DNA from: Cyclobacteriaceae bacterium
GTDB lineage: Bacteria > Bacteroidota > Bacteroidia > Cytophagales > Cyclobacteriaceae
DNA length: 64,000 nt
Direction: 5' to 3'
Assembly: GCA_965228955.1 (NCBI GenBank)
Contig: OZ245848.1
Location: 835,879-899,878 of the forward strand
In this document: in pieces, positions 54,331 through 64,000 of the stretch
How the letters are laid out: each line of letters starts with the position of its first letter
How positions within the stretch are numbered: the stretch's first letter is position 1
Notes under the pieces: model-generated
The model's database searches: none
Told to the model about the DNA's origin: nothing
The model's input: only the letters and a program-made list of their open reading frames with translations
Position numbers and translations under genes: made by a program

Positions 54331-55094
54331 GGTTATTTGTAATAATATTAGTGATTACTCCCTTCTGGGCACTCGCTCAGAACAAGGTCTTCTATGATAT
54401 GGAAGATAATAAGGTGATAAACGCTGATAGAGCTTTCTATTACTCAACTACTAAGTTTGCTAAGGTGAAGCCCAAGAAATCTGTAACAACGGTTACTGAA
54501 AACTTTGTTTTTAATGATCAACTCAAGAAGGTAGCATCTCACCTAACCGTGGACCCATCAGTCATGGTTGGGGAATACAAAGAATTTTATATCACAGGGC
54601 AAATAAGGACTGAAGGGGCATATCAGAGAGGAAATAAACAAGTAGGCTTTAAGACTTATCATTATAATGGTCAGCTAGCAAGTGAGATTTCATCCAATGA
54701 TGAAGGACAACTTATGATCACAAAGTGGAATCATGCGGGTATAGTTGAGTCTAGCAAACCATATTTTGATGATGAGATTTATAGTGAGGTGGAGGAATGG
54801 CCCTATTTTTTTGGTGGTAAGGAAGAATTGTATAAGTTTCTGGGTTTAAATGTAAAATATCCTTACCGCGCTGCTTCAAAAAAGATTGAAGGAAAAGTAT
54901 TTGTCCAATTTATCGTTAACCATGATGGGACACTATCTGATATTGAAGTAATCAGAGGTATAGGAGAAGGATGTGATGAGGAGGCTATACGTGTGATTGA
55001 ATTAACTGATAAGATGTGGGTCCCTGGGAAGCATGAGGAGAAAATTGTTAAAACGAGGATGGTTGTTCCAATTAGTTTTAAGCTTTCACGTTAA
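54327..55094 (+). CDS. Secreted protein with MORN-like repeats and a TonB C-terminal domain
   Basis: Signal peptide present. The C-terminal '[47 protein letters not shown]' matches the TonB_C pattern. Confidence 0.7.
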   Translation: MRLFVIILVITPFWALAQNKVFYDMEDNKVINADRAFYYSTTKFAKVKPKKSVTTVTENFVFNDQLKKVASHLTVDPSVMVGEYKEFYITGQIRTEGAYQRGNKQVGFKTYHYNGQLASEISSNDEGQLMITKWNHAGIVESSKPYFDDEIYSEVEEWPYFFGGKEELYKFLGLNVKYPYRAASKKIEGKVFVQFIVNHDGTLSDIEVIRGIGEGCDEEAIRVIELTDKMWVPGKHEEKIVKTRMVVPISFKLSR

Positions 55095-55165
55095 TTCCTA
55101 ACATTTTATTAACACGGATTACATTTCTTCATACTAAATCCTAATTTTACCCCTTATAACACAGG

Positions 55166-57631
55166 ATGGCGAAAAACACCTATAAGACTAAATCAAAAAA
55201 GAAAGCCAAGAAAAGAATTGAACTGGACTTCTCATTTCTCAAGGATAGAAGGTTTCAGCTTGCATTAGGATTCTTCTTTCTTAGCACAGGAATATTTCTT
55301 TTAATCAGCTTCATATCTTATCTCTTTACGGGAAAAGCAGATCAAAGCGTGATTGAAGCACTTTCTAATGCTCCACTTAAAGAATCAGGATTGGAAGCCC
55401 AGAACTGGCTGGGACTGTTTGGTGCTTACGCTTCGTACTTTTTTATATATAAGTGGTTTGGTATTGCAAGTCTTCTTATTCCTCCATTTTTGCTTTTGGT
55501 TGGATTAAAAATCGTAACAGAAAAAGAAATTTATCCAATAATCAGAGCTTTCTATTTTTCATTTTTCTTTTTGTTTTGGATAAGTCTGTTGACAGGTTAT
55601 TTCCTACTCAACTCTGAAAAAGTCTCAGAAATGGGCTTCCTAAGTGGAGGTGTTGGGTTTGAATTAGCCATTTTATTTGAAAGTCTCATGGGATGGGGGA
55701 CCATTCTTTTGTTGATCTTCTCATTAGCAGTTTTTTTTATTTACTTCTTCAATATCACTGAGATGATAGGTCTTGGTCACTTGTTTGGAAAGAAGGAAGA
55801 TTCTTTAGAGGAGAGCCTCAATGAAATGGATGATATTACAGCCATCTTAGAAACAGTAAAGAAAGAAGTAGAGCAGGAAGATGGCGTTATTGATGATGAT
55901 GGTGAGTCATGGACAGTTTCTACCAAGGAAGATATAGTTGAGCAAGAAAAAGCTGAAGACAACTCAAAATCTGATGAATTGGTCTTGGACATTGAATCTA
56001 CACTTCCAGTAGTTGAAAATAAGCCCAAGCCAATAAAGAAGGAAACCGAAAAGACTGCTGAACCTGATTTTGAAATAGAAAAACCTGTAGAGGAAGCAGT
56101 TCATACTGGAGATCTCGAAAATTATGATCCAACACTGGATCTACCCCAATACGTTTATCCAAGTCCTGATCTGTTGATCGATTATCCAGACCCTGGAATT
56201 CGTGTAACTAAAGAAGAACTTGAAGCGAATAAAGATAAGATCGTTGAAACGCTAATCAATTTTAAGATTGGAATTTCAAGTATCAAGGCTACAATTGGTC
56301 CTACTGTAACGCTTTACGAAATTGTGCCTGAGGCGGGTGTTAAGATTTCCAAAATTAAGAACCTGGAAGACGATATCGCATTAAGCCTTGCTGCATTGGG
56401 GATTAGAATTATTGCTCCAATCCCTGGTAAAGGTACTATTGGTATTGAAGTGCCAAACAAGAACAGGGAAATGGTAGATATCAAATCTGTTCTTACTACA
56501 GAGAAGTTTATGGCAAGCAAGGCAGAACTTCCAGTGGTTTTTGGTAAAACGATTAGCAACGAAGTTTTTGTAACAGACTTAGCCAAGATGCCTCACTTAT
56601 TAATGGCGGGTGCAACTGGTCAGGGTAAGTCTGTTGGGCTGAATATCATTCTGACTTCTTTAATCTATAGAAAACACCCTTCTCAGTTGAAGTTTGTTTT
56701 GGTAGATCCGAAGAAGGTGGAATTGACTCTATTCAATAAAATAGAAAGACATTTCCTTGCTAAACTTCCTGATTCGGAAGAAGCGATTATAACTGATACT
56801 AAAAAGGTAATCAACACTTTGAATTCTCTATGTATAGAGATGGATACCAGGTATGATCTTTTAAAGGATGCTCAGTGTAGAAATATTAAAGAATACAATA
56901 ACAAATTCGTCAATAGAAGGTTGAATCCTCAGAAAGGACATAAGTACCTTCCTTACATAGTATTAGTAATTGACGAGCTTGCTGATCTCATGATGACCGC
57001 TGGAAAGGAAATTGAAGCTCCTATTGCAAGGCTTGCTCAGTTAGCAAGGGCTATTGGAATCCATTTGGTAGTAGCTACTCAAAGACCTTCAGTAAACGTG
57101 ATTACTGGTGTTATTAAAGCCAACTTTCCGGCAAGGTTATCCTTTAGAGTTACATCCAAGATAGACTCAAGAACAATACTGGATGCCGGTGGAGCTGACC
57201 AGCTGATTGGTATGGGAGATATGCTGTTAAGCACTGGATCAGAGATGATTCGACTGCAATGTGGATTTGTTGATACTCCGGAAGTAGAAAGAATTTGTGA
57301 TTTCGTGGGAGAGCAAAGAGGGTATGATAATGCTTATCACCTTCCTGAGTACGTCGGAGAAGATGGAGAAAGTAGTATCGGTGAGGTAGATTTATCAGAA
57401 AGAGATGCGTTGTTTGATGATGCAGCCAAGCTCATTGTTTTGCATCAGCAAGGGAGTACTTCATTGATACAAAGAAAACTTAAACTAGGATACAATAGAG
57501 CAGGTCGTTTGATTGATCAATTGGAGGCTGCAGGTATCGTTGGTCCGTTCGAGGGAAGTAAGGCCAGAGAAGTTTTAATTCCAGATGAATATAGTTTGGA
57601 ACAATTATTGAATGAGCTTAATAACAAATAA
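55166..57631 (+). CDS. ftsK: DNA translocase FtsK/SpoIIIE
   Basis: N-terminal TM block and an acidic linker. The motor carries 'LLMAGATGQGKSV' and 'VIDELADLM', and the gamma domain carries 'STSLIQRKLKLGYNRAGRLIDQLE'. Confidence 0.95.
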   Translation: MAKNTYKTKSKKKAKKRIELDFSFLKDRRFQLALGFFFLSTGIFLLISFISYLFTGKADQSVIEALSNAPLKESGLEAQNWLGLFGAYASYFFIYKWFGIASLLIPPFLLLVGLKIVTEKEIYPIIRAFYFSFFFLFWISLLTGYFLLNSEKVSEMGFLSGGVGFELAILFESLMGWGTILLLIFSLAVFFIYFFNITEMIGLGHLFGKKEDSLEESLNEMDDITAILETVKKEVEQEDGVIDDDGESWTVSTKEDIVEQEKAEDNSKSDELVLDIESTLPVVENKPKPIKKETEKTAEPDFEIEKPVEEAVHTGDLENYDPTLDLPQYVYPSPDLLIDYPDPGIRVTKEELEANKDKIVETLINFKIGISSIKATIGPTVTLYEIVPEAGVKISKIKNLEDDIALSLAALGIRIIAPIPGKGTIGIEVPNKNREMVDIKSVLTTEKFMASKAELPVVFGKTISNEVFVTDLAKMPHLLMAGATGQGKSVGLNIILTSLIYRKHPSQLKFVLVDPKKVELTLFNKIERHFLAKLPDSEEAIITDTKKVINTLNSLCIEMDTRYDLLKDAQCRNIKEYNNKFVNRRLNPQKGHKYLPYIVLVIDELADLMMTAGKEIEAPIARLAQLARAIGIHLVVATQRPSVNVITGVIKANFPARLSFRVTSKIDSRTILDAGGADQLIGMGDMLLSTGSEMIRLQCGFVDTPEVERICDFVGEQRGYDNAYHLPEYVGEDGESSIGEVDLSERDALFDDAAKLIVLHQQGSTSLIQRKLKLGYNRAGRLIDQLEAAGIVGPFEGSKAREVLIPDEYSLEQLLNELNNK

Positions 57632-57661
57632 ATAAAAAGAGATTAATTAGATTTAAAAGCG

Positions 57662-58300
57662 ATGAAGAAATTACAAGCAATTCTCGTTTTGATGTTCTTA
57701 GGATTTGGGGCATTTGCTCAATATGAGCCAGAGGCAAAAGCAGTTTTAGATGCCGTAAGTCAAAAGTATAAGAATATCAGCGCATTTAAAGCGGATTTTC
57801 AATATAGACTTGAGAACGAAGAGGCAGGTGTAAATGAAGAAATGGATGGAAGTATCCATATTATGGACGACAAATTTAAACTAGAAATGTTGAGCAGGAT
57901 CATTTTCTTTGATGGTAGTTATATCAGGGAATATGATGCAGACTTTCAAGAATATACTGTCCGGGAATATGAGTCAGAAGACGAGGAACTCAATTTGTCT
58001 AGCTTACTTGATCTTTATAAGGATGGTTTTAAATATGGTATTAGGTCACAATCTAGCAGCGGTTATGAAATAGAACTGCAACCTGAGGATCTTAATAAAT
58101 CATTTTTTAAAATCGTAATGAAGATTGATTCCAAAAACAATATTAAGTCATTTACATACTATGAAAAGAATGGCAATCTGGTTACTACAGAAATAAAAAG
58201 CCTTGAGGAAAAGCCAGGTTTGAAGGGTAGCTTTTTTAACTTCTTTAAAGCAAATTTAGAAGTAGTCGACTCTGTGGATATGACAGATAGGGGACAATAA
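57662..58300 (+). CDS. lolA: LolA-like outer-membrane lipoprotein carrier protein
   Basis: Signal peptide present. Size and the conserved position downstream of ftsK in Bacteroidota fit LolA. Followed by an intrinsic terminator. Confidence 0.7.
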   Translation: MKKLQAILVLMFLGFGAFAQYEPEAKAVLDAVSQKYKNISAFKADFQYRLENEEAGVNEEMDGSIHIMDDKFKLEMLSRIIFFDGSYIREYDADFQEYTVREYESEDEELNLSSLLDLYKDGFKYGIRSQSSSGYEIELQPEDLNKSFFKIVMKIDSKNNIKSFTYYEKNGNLVTTEIKSLEEKPGLKGSFFNFFKANLEVVDSVDMTDRGQ

Positions 58301-58326
58301 CACTCCTGTTCCAAAAAGAATTCAAT

Positions 58327-58352
58327 GGTGGCCATAGAAGCCACCTTTTTTT
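58327..58352 (+). terminator. Intrinsic terminator after ftsK-lolA
   Basis: 'ggtggc catagaa gccacc ttttttt'. Confidence 0.8.
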
Positions 58353-58372
58353 GTTTTAGAGGAATAGAGACC

Positions 58373-58397
58373 AACTCAAAATCCAAAACTCAAAATT
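58373..58397 (+). repeat. ACTCAAAA/ATCCAAAA word repeat
   Basis: 'aactcaaaatccaaaactcaaaatt' belongs to the same word family as 11086-11118. Confidence 0.4.
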
Positions 58398-58514
58398 CAT
58401 TAATAGTACTAAGCAACTGACTATTTGAACTTTTCTGATATGACTGGAGGATTGTTGGATTAACATGGCAAAAATCTACTGCAGTTTTGATATCTTGGCT
58501 CAAATTTTTTCAGT

Positions 58515-59339
58515 ATGACCAGAGAAGATCTTATTTCACAGATCAGGGAAAAGCAATCCTTTCTTTGTGTTGGATTAGACCCAGATCCCGACAAGATTCC
58601 AGCACATCTTAAATCTACAGAAGATCCAATTTTTGAATTCAATAAGCAAATCATAGATGCAACTAAGGATTATTGTGTTGCATACAAGCCTAATCTTGCA
58701 TTCTATGAAGCTCAGGGAATATCAGGCTGGCGTTCTCTGCAAAAGACTTTAGACTACATACCAAGTAATATATTTACAATTGCGGATGCTAAGAGAGGGG
58801 ATATTGGGAATACAAGCAAGATGTATGGAAAAGCATTTTTTGAAGAGCTGAACTTTGATAGCTTGACTGTAGCTCCATACATGGGTGAGGATTCAATTAC
58901 ACCATATTTTGAGTTTAAAGGTAAATGGGTCATTCTTCTGGGAGCCACATCGAATCCAGGTGCAATGGATTTTCAGGATTTGATTCTTGAGAACTCTATG
59001 GAGCATTTATACGAACATGTAATCAAACTAAGCTCTACTTGGGGTACTGAGGACAATATGATGTACGTTGTTGGGGCAACAAGACCAGAGATCTTAGTGC
59101 ATATCCGTTCAAAAATCCCGAATCACTTTTTACTCATTCCTGGGGTCGGTGCACAAGGTGGTGATCTGGCTGCTGTTTGCAAGTTTGGAATGAATAAAAG
59201 TTGCGGACTTCTTATCAACTCTTCCAGATCTATCATTTATGCTGGAAATGGGGAGGATTTCGCAGAAAAAGCAGCTGAAGAAGCCAAGAAACTACAATCG
59301 CAGATGACAGAACTGCTTGCTAAACACAGTCACGTTTAA
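58515..59339 (+). CDS. pyrF: Orotidine 5'-phosphate decarboxylase (type 2)
   Basis: 'LCVGLDPD', 'AYKPNLAFYE', 'ADAKRGDIGNT' and 'LIPGVGAQGG'. Confidence 0.9.
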   Translation: MTREDLISQIREKQSFLCVGLDPDPDKIPAHLKSTEDPIFEFNKQIIDATKDYCVAYKPNLAFYEAQGISGWRSLQKTLDYIPSNIFTIADAKRGDIGNTSKMYGKAFFEELNFDSLTVAPYMGEDSITPYFEFKGKWVILLGATSNPGAMDFQDLILENSMEHLYEHVIKLSSTWGTEDNMMYVVGATRPEILVHIRSKIPNHFLLIPGVGAQGGDLAAVCKFGMNKSCGLLINSSRSIIYAGNGEDFAEKAAEEAKKLQSQMTELLAKHSHV

Positions 59340-59393
59340 ATCCAGTATTACTAGAATTATATTCATTATATTTCCGGATATCTGTTTTACTCA

Positions 59394-60674
59394 ATGCAAG
59401 AAGACTTTCTTCACTACATCTGGAAATTTCAATATTTTAATCATTCCGAACTATTCACTTCTGACGGGAAATCTGTATTAGTTCAGAAACAAGGGAACTA
59501 TCAACATAATTCTGGCCCTGATTTTGAAAACTGCCAGGTTAGAATTGACGGAATTGAGTGGAATGGAAGTGTTGAAATTCATATCAGATCATCTGAATGG
59601 TACCTGCACAAGCATAATCAGGATGAGGCCTACAATAATGTAATCTTGCATGTTGTATGGACCAATGACAGAAATACTTTGAACAAAAACGGTGAAGCGG
59701 TACCTACCCTGGAATTGCGAAACAGAATTGATACCGATCTAATTTCTAAATTCAAAAAATTTATCAGCAGTGACTCCCTGTTAGCTTGTTCATCACATCG
59801 ATCCAAGATTTCAGACCTGAAGCTTTACGAAATGATTGATAAATCAGTGGGGGAGAGGTTGTTGCAAAAGGCTGAAGTAGTTAAGGAGTTATATCAAAAA
59901 ACTGAAAGTTGGGAAGAAACATCATATCTCACAATCGCCAAAAATTTCGGTTTTAAGGTAAATTCAGATCCATTTTTGCAACTGGCAACTGCAACACCAA
60001 TAAAGTTTTTGAAGAAGCATTCCGACCAGCTGCTTCAATTGGAAGCTTTATTATTTGGTCAAGCCGGTTTTTTGGAAGAAGATTGCAATGATGGGTATTA
60101 TATGAAACTAAAACTGGAATATGAGTTTCTAGCTCATAAATATCAGATTCACGATTCAAGGATGACTCGTTTTCAATGGAAGTTTCTAAGACTCAGACCA
60201 GCAAATTTCCCAACTTTAAGAATTGCACAGTTCGCAAATTTTATCTACCAGAATACTCATCTCTTTAATGTCTTGGTTGAGCAAGACTCGATTAAAGAGT
60301 TAATCAAGAAATTAATGACTATGCATTCTGAATATTGGTTGGAGCATTTTGATTTTGGGAAGCCTTTTTCGGGGGTGAGTAAGGGCTTGGGAAAATCAAG
60401 TGCTGAAAATATATTGATTAATACCGTAGCACCAATTTTAGCTTGTTACGGGAAACAATCGGCAAACCAAAGCTATCTTGACAGGGCAATTGATTTGTTA
60501 GAGGATTTAAGGCCTGAGAATAATAAAATAACACGGATTTGGAAAGAGTCAGGATTTCCTGTAAAATCAGCTTTTGATTCACAAGGCTTAATTATGCAAT
60601 ACAACGAATCTTGCAAAAACAGGAAGTGTCTCCAATGTAGTATTGGAGCCGATTTACTTAATAGGTCATTATGA
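59394..60674 (+). CDS. DUF2851 family protein
   Basis: Family-typical start 'MQEDFLHYIWKFQYF' and a length of about 426 aa. Confidence 0.8.
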   Translation: MQEDFLHYIWKFQYFNHSELFTSDGKSVLVQKQGNYQHNSGPDFENCQVRIDGIEWNGSVEIHIRSSEWYLHKHNQDEAYNNVILHVVWTNDRNTLNKNGEAVPTLELRNRIDTDLISKFKKFISSDSLLACSSHRSKISDLKLYEMIDKSVGERLLQKAEVVKELYQKTESWEETSYLTIAKNFGFKVNSDPFLQLATATPIKFLKKHSDQLLQLEALLFGQAGFLEEDCNDGYYMKLKLEYEFLAHKYQIHDSRMTRFQWKFLRLRPANFPTLRIAQFANFIYQNTHLFNVLVEQDSIKELIKKLMTMHSEYWLEHFDFGKPFSGVSKGLGKSSAENILINTVAPILACYGKQSANQSYLDRAIDLLEDLRPENNKITRIWKESGFPVKSAFDSQGLIMQYNESCKNRKCLQCSIGADLLNRSL

Positions 60675-61930
60675 TTGGAGTAATACTCTATTCTTTTATT
60701 CTTTCAGGTTTCTTGGTGTGGTATTACAAGTTTAAAGTTAGCAGCGAATTAAAGCCATATATGGTTGCTGGTATTAGTGTTAAGATCATTGGAGCCGTTG
60801 CTTTGGGTGTTTTTTATTTAATACTTAAGGAAGGAGGGGATACATTAAGATACCATCATGCTGCACTGATATGGAGAGATTATTTCTTTGAAGATCCAGT
60901 GGGTTATCTTAAAAGCCTGCTATTTAATAGAGAATCACTCTCCAGGTACTTTATTGACCAACCAAGAGCTGTTTTTTTTACAAAAATCTTGAGTGTAGTT
61001 GAGATATTGTGTTTTGGGAACTACTGGATGTCAGCCATTTTTTTTGCCGTAATTTCATTTTGTTCATCGTGGTTCCTCTTTAGAAGGCTCTCAATTCAGT
61101 TCAATTCCTCAAGGCTTTGGTTTGTGGCATTGTTTCTCTTTCCATCAGTTGTCTTTTGGTGCAGTGGAATTCTGAAAGAAACTATTTCATTTGCAATACT
61201 GGCATTCCTTTCTGCTATAACAATCAAATACTACTACGTAGAATTCAAAATCAATTATTGGGAACTACTGATATCACTTATTTGTGTATGGTTGCTGGTT
61301 AAATTGAAATATTATGTTGCTGGTGTATTTATTCCAATAATGGTTGGAGTCTTATTTATTCGATACCTTGGTCTAAAGGTCAACCACCTAAAGTTCTCCA
61401 GAGCCATGAGATATGGTACTATCACTTTAGTGATGCTATTTTTCTTTTTAATCGCCACTACAATCAATCACAACCTATCTCTATCCAATATTCTTGACCG
61501 GGTAGTAATGACTCATAATATTCTTATTCAGGAAACAGCAGAAGTTCTTAGAATCAATTTTGATAAATTGGAGCCAACCATACCATCGTTTTTGAAAAAC
61601 ACTCCGCTGGCAATAGTTTCCGGATTGTTCAGGCCATTCATATGGGAGGAAAACTCTGCTTTATCTCTAATAGCAGGAATTGAAAACCTAATATTGATGT
61701 TTCTTGTAGTGGCGGCAATTTTTCGGTTAATTCGGAATAGAATATCAATTGATACACTTGGAATAGGTGTAATCGCTTATGTCATCATAATGTCCACGTT
61801 TTTGGCTCTAGCAACACCAAACTTTGGAACACTAGTGAGGTTTAAAACTTCGTTTTCTCCGTTTTTGTTGATTGCGTGCTTCTATGTAATAAAAGATTGG
61901 AAAGCTATTTCGGGCCTCCCTCGAAGGTAA
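60671..61930 (+). CDS. Polytopic membrane protein (about 10-11 TM), unknown function
   Basis: Hydrophobic throughout. ATGA translational coupling to the DUF2851 gene. Confidence 0.6.
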   Translation: MIGVILYSFILSGFLVWYYKFKVSSELKPYMVAGISVKIIGAVALGVFYLILKEGGDTLRYHHAALIWRDYFFEDPVGYLKSLLFNRESLSRYFIDQPRAVFFTKILSVVEILCFGNYWMSAIFFAVISFCSSWFLFRRLSIQFNSSRLWFVALFLFPSVVFWCSGILKETISFAILAFLSAITIKYYYVEFKINYWELLISLICVWLLVKLKYYVAGVFIPIMVGVLFIRYLGLKVNHLKFSRAMRYGTITLVMLFFFLIATTINHNLSLSNILDRVVMTHNILIQETAEVLRINFDKLEPTIPSFLKNTPLAIVSGLFRPFIWEENSALSLIAGIENLILMFLVVAAIFRLIRNRISIDTLGIGVIAYVIIMSTFLALATPNFGTLVRFKTSFSPFLLIACFYVIKDWKAISGLPRR

Positions 61931-62648
61931 TCGCGAATGTTATATTGTGTGCTACCAGCGATTGGATGCCAACATTGAATTCATTCACATTAGGCTGCAA
62001 CAAATTCGTGAAGCTATAGGCGTATTTTACTTCGGGTGAGAACTTAAAAAGTGGGTAATATATATCCAGACCAACACCAACTTCCATAGCAAGATTAAAT
62101 CCCTTTGTTTCAAGTGTTTCCTTTATATTATCCTCATCACCCCTGGCAGAGGCTTCAAATGCTGGATTTATACCGCCTAACATATAGACACCAACATTGC
62201 CGCGCCTTTGGGATTTATATTTTAAATAGATCGGGACTTCCACCATAGTGGCATCTTTTAATACATTCTGCTCAGTACCATCAGTATATCGATAGGTAAG
62301 GTCATTCTCGTAAAACCCAAAAGTTACACTACCTCTCACGTCCAAATACTGGAAGAAATGGAAGTTTGCAATAAAACCAAGCTTGAAGCCAGGTAGTCTA
62401 CCTGGAATGATGGAGTGAACACTATCAAGACCAGATTCAACAAACGCATCACTGTATTTTATTTGATAGTTCGATGTGTGGATACCAATTAAGAATCCAT
62501 AATGAATCAATTGATCATCGTAATAAGGGAGGTTCTCTCTCTTATTAATTTGAGAAAACGATGTGATTGATACTCCAAGTAAAAGTATTAAAAGGGCTAC
62601 TTTATTCCTGTATAAATGGAACTTATACCTAGGGATAATGTCTTGCAT
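61905..62648 (-). CDS. porT: PorT-family outer-membrane beta-barrel protein (T9SS-associated)
   Basis: Signal peptide 'VALLILLLGVSITSFSQ', alternating beta-strand pattern, about 245 aa. It sits in the conserved position directly after ubiE/menG in Bacteroidota. Confidence 0.65.
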   Translation of the reverse strand: MQDIIPRYKFHLYRNKVALLILLLGVSITSFSQINKRENLPYYDDQLIHYGFLIGIHTSNYQIKYSDAFVESGLDSVHSIIPGRLPGFKLGFIANFHFFQYLDVRGSVTFGFYENDLTYRYTDGTEQNVLKDATMVEVPIYLKYKSQRRGNVGVYMLGGINPAFEASARGDEDNIKETLETKGFNLAMEVGVGLDIYYPLFKFSPEVKYAYSFTNLLQPNVNEFNVGIQSLVAHNITFAITFEGGPK

Positions 62649-63319
62649 TCTGTGTCTTTATAACCTAATTTCTCCAAAATCGCCAAAAACTGATCTCCAT
62701 CAGGGAATTTCCTCACAGAATCAGGCAAATAAGTGTATGCCGCGCGATCTTTGGAAATTAAACGCCCTAGTTTAGGTAATATTGAACTAAAATAAAAATT
62801 ATATAACTGTTTGAAAGGGGTCCATCCTGGTCTGCTAAACTCAAGAACTACGACTTTTCCACCCGGACGTACCACTCTTAGCATATCAGCCAATCCCTTT
62901 TCCAGGTTTTCAAAATTTCTAACTCCAAATGCCACTATTACAGCATCAAACGAGTTGTCCTCAAAATTTAGTTTCTCACTATCACCACTAAAAAGTTCAA
63001 TGCGATCGTCAAGCTTCATTTTCTTCAGCTTCTTTCTACCTACAGAAAGCATACCCTCAGAAATATCCACACCAATCACTTTGTCTGGGTTTAAGTCGAG
63101 AGCCTGAATCGCAAAATCACCGGTACCAGTAGCGATATCAAGAATTTTTTTAGGCTGCAGTTCCTTTAGTTTTTTGATTGCTTTCTTTCTCCAAACTATA
63201 TCAATACCAAGCGATAGGAAGTGATTTAGAAAATCATACTTAGGGCTGATATTGTCAAACATTTCAGCTACCTGTTGTTTCTTTCCGCTCGATTTTTCTT
63301 TATAAGGTACTACAGTCAT
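62597..63319 (-). CDS. ubiE: Demethylmenaquinone / ubiquinone C-methyltransferase
   Basis: 'FDNISPKYDFLNH', SAM motif 'ILDIATGTGDFAI' and 'FGVRNF'. Confidence 0.9.
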   Translation of the reverse strand: MTVVPYKEKSSGKKQQVAEMFDNISPKYDFLNHFLSLGIDIVWRKKAIKKLKELQPKKILDIATGTGDFAIQALDLNPDKVIGVDISEGMLSVGRKKLKKMKLDDRIELFSGDSEKLNFEDNSFDAVIVAFGVRNFENLEKGLADMLRVVRPGGKVVVLEFSRPGWTPFKQLYNFYFSSILPKLGRLISKDRAAYTYLPDSVRKFPDGDQFLAILEKLGYKDTECKTLSLGISSIYTGIK

Positions 63320-63408
63320 TTTCCCACTTTTCTTTCAGAATGCAATATTAAGAACATAACATCGTCTTTTTGCAATTGTTAGAAATTAAATAGTCTTAAA
63401 TTCGCAGG

Positions 63409-64000
63409 ATGATCATAAAAAAGGCCCAATTTGTTCTGAGTAATAGTGATTACAAGAAATGTCCTAAACCAACAATGCCAGAGTATGCGTTTATTGGAAG
63501 GTCTAATGTAGGTAAGTCTAGCCTGATCAATATGCTTACCAATAATTCAAAACTGGCAAAGACTTCTGGAAAACCAGGGAAAACTCAACTAATAAATCAC
63601 TTCATTATTAATGATAATTGGTACCTGGTTGACTTACCTGGATATGGGTACGCGAAAGTGAGTAAAACTGACCGGGAGAAGTGGGGAAAGATGATTTATG
63701 ATTATATCACACAACGTGAGAATTTATATAACATTTTTGTTCTGGTCGATTCACGAATTCCTCCGCAAGCAATAGATATGGAATTCATCAATTGGCTTGG
63801 CGAAAACGGAATTCCTTTTGGTATTATCTACACTAAAACTGATAAGCTTTCAAAAAACAAAGTAGCTGCTAGTATTGCTGCTTTTAAGAGAGAGTTATCT
63901 AAACATTGGGAAGAACTTCCTCCTCAGTTCATAACTTCTTCGGTTACAAAGGCCGGTAAAGAAGATTTGCTGAACTACATAGAGGAAATAAATCAAAACA
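63409..64000 (+). CDS. engB: Ribosome-biogenesis GTPase YihA/EngB (3' end runs to or just beyond the window edge; not in the ORF track)
   Basis: My manual translation from the ATG at 63409 gives 'MIIKKAQFVLSNSDYKKCPKPTMPEYAFIGRSNVGKSSLINML...DLPGYGYAK...TKTDKL', containing G1, G3 and G4 motifs. Confidence 0.85.
   Translation, partial: MIIKKAQFVLSNSDYKKCPKPTMPEYAFIGRSNVGKSSLINMLTNNSKLAKTSGKPGKTQLINHFIINDNWYLVDLPGYGYAKVSKTDREKWGKMIYDYITQRENLYNIFVLVDSRIPPQAIDMEFINWLGENGIPFGIIYTKTDKLSKNKVAASIAAFKRELSKHWEELPPQFITSSVTKAGKEDLLNYIEEINQN

Overview
This 64-kb window comes from a low-GC, almost fully coding chromosome. I infer a Bacteroidota origin (Cytophagia/Flavobacteriia-like) from four things: TAnnTTTG -7 promoter boxes, PorT and T9SS-CTD-like domains, the DUF4290-murA and ftsK-lolA gene pairs, and a fused E1 alpha/beta dehydrogenase. 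No rRNA, tRNA or CRISPR array was seen.

Main blocks:
(1) 1-8.0 kb is an accessory-looking surface/sensory block. It holds an NHL propeller fragment, an HTH-only AraC protein, a 612-aa orphan lipoprotein, a 1085-aa double beta-propeller/Y_Y_Y sensor fused to an MCP signalling domain, and a small secreted protein made of two T9SS-CTD-like domains.
(2) 8.1-23.9 kb (minus strand) is a phenylacetate (paa) catabolic cluster in the order tetR-paaE-paaABCD-paaG-paaH-paaI-paaJ-paaZ-ECH-Uma2-paaY, followed by a fused E1 dehydrogenase. Its intergenic junctions are filled by two families of structured repeats.
(3) 24-35 kb is housekeeping plus secreted proteins: S8 peptidase, pepP-GNAT-ridA, DUF4290-murA, trhO, a nucleoside phosphorylase and three secreted orphans.
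(4) 35-43.7 kb holds lspA, a membrane class III nucleotide cyclase, and a tetR-MFP-RND-TolC efflux operon.
(5) 43.8-44.6 kb is a decayed REP-associated Y1 transposase (RAYT) flanked by REP hairpins.
(6) 44.6-64 kb is a core block: ABC-F, SDR, saccharopine DH, trmN6, rnhA, marC, serC-like, aroQ, xerD, pyrD, ftsK, lolA, pyrF, DUF2851, porT, ubiE and engB.

The most unusual items are the propeller-MCP chimera, the cargo-less tandem CTD protein, the repeat-segmented paa operon, the REPtron, and shared CTAACA/TGTTAG operators for two TetR regulators.

Non-coding coordinates were counted by hand and may be off by 1-2 nt. All homology statements come from motif recognition, not database searches.
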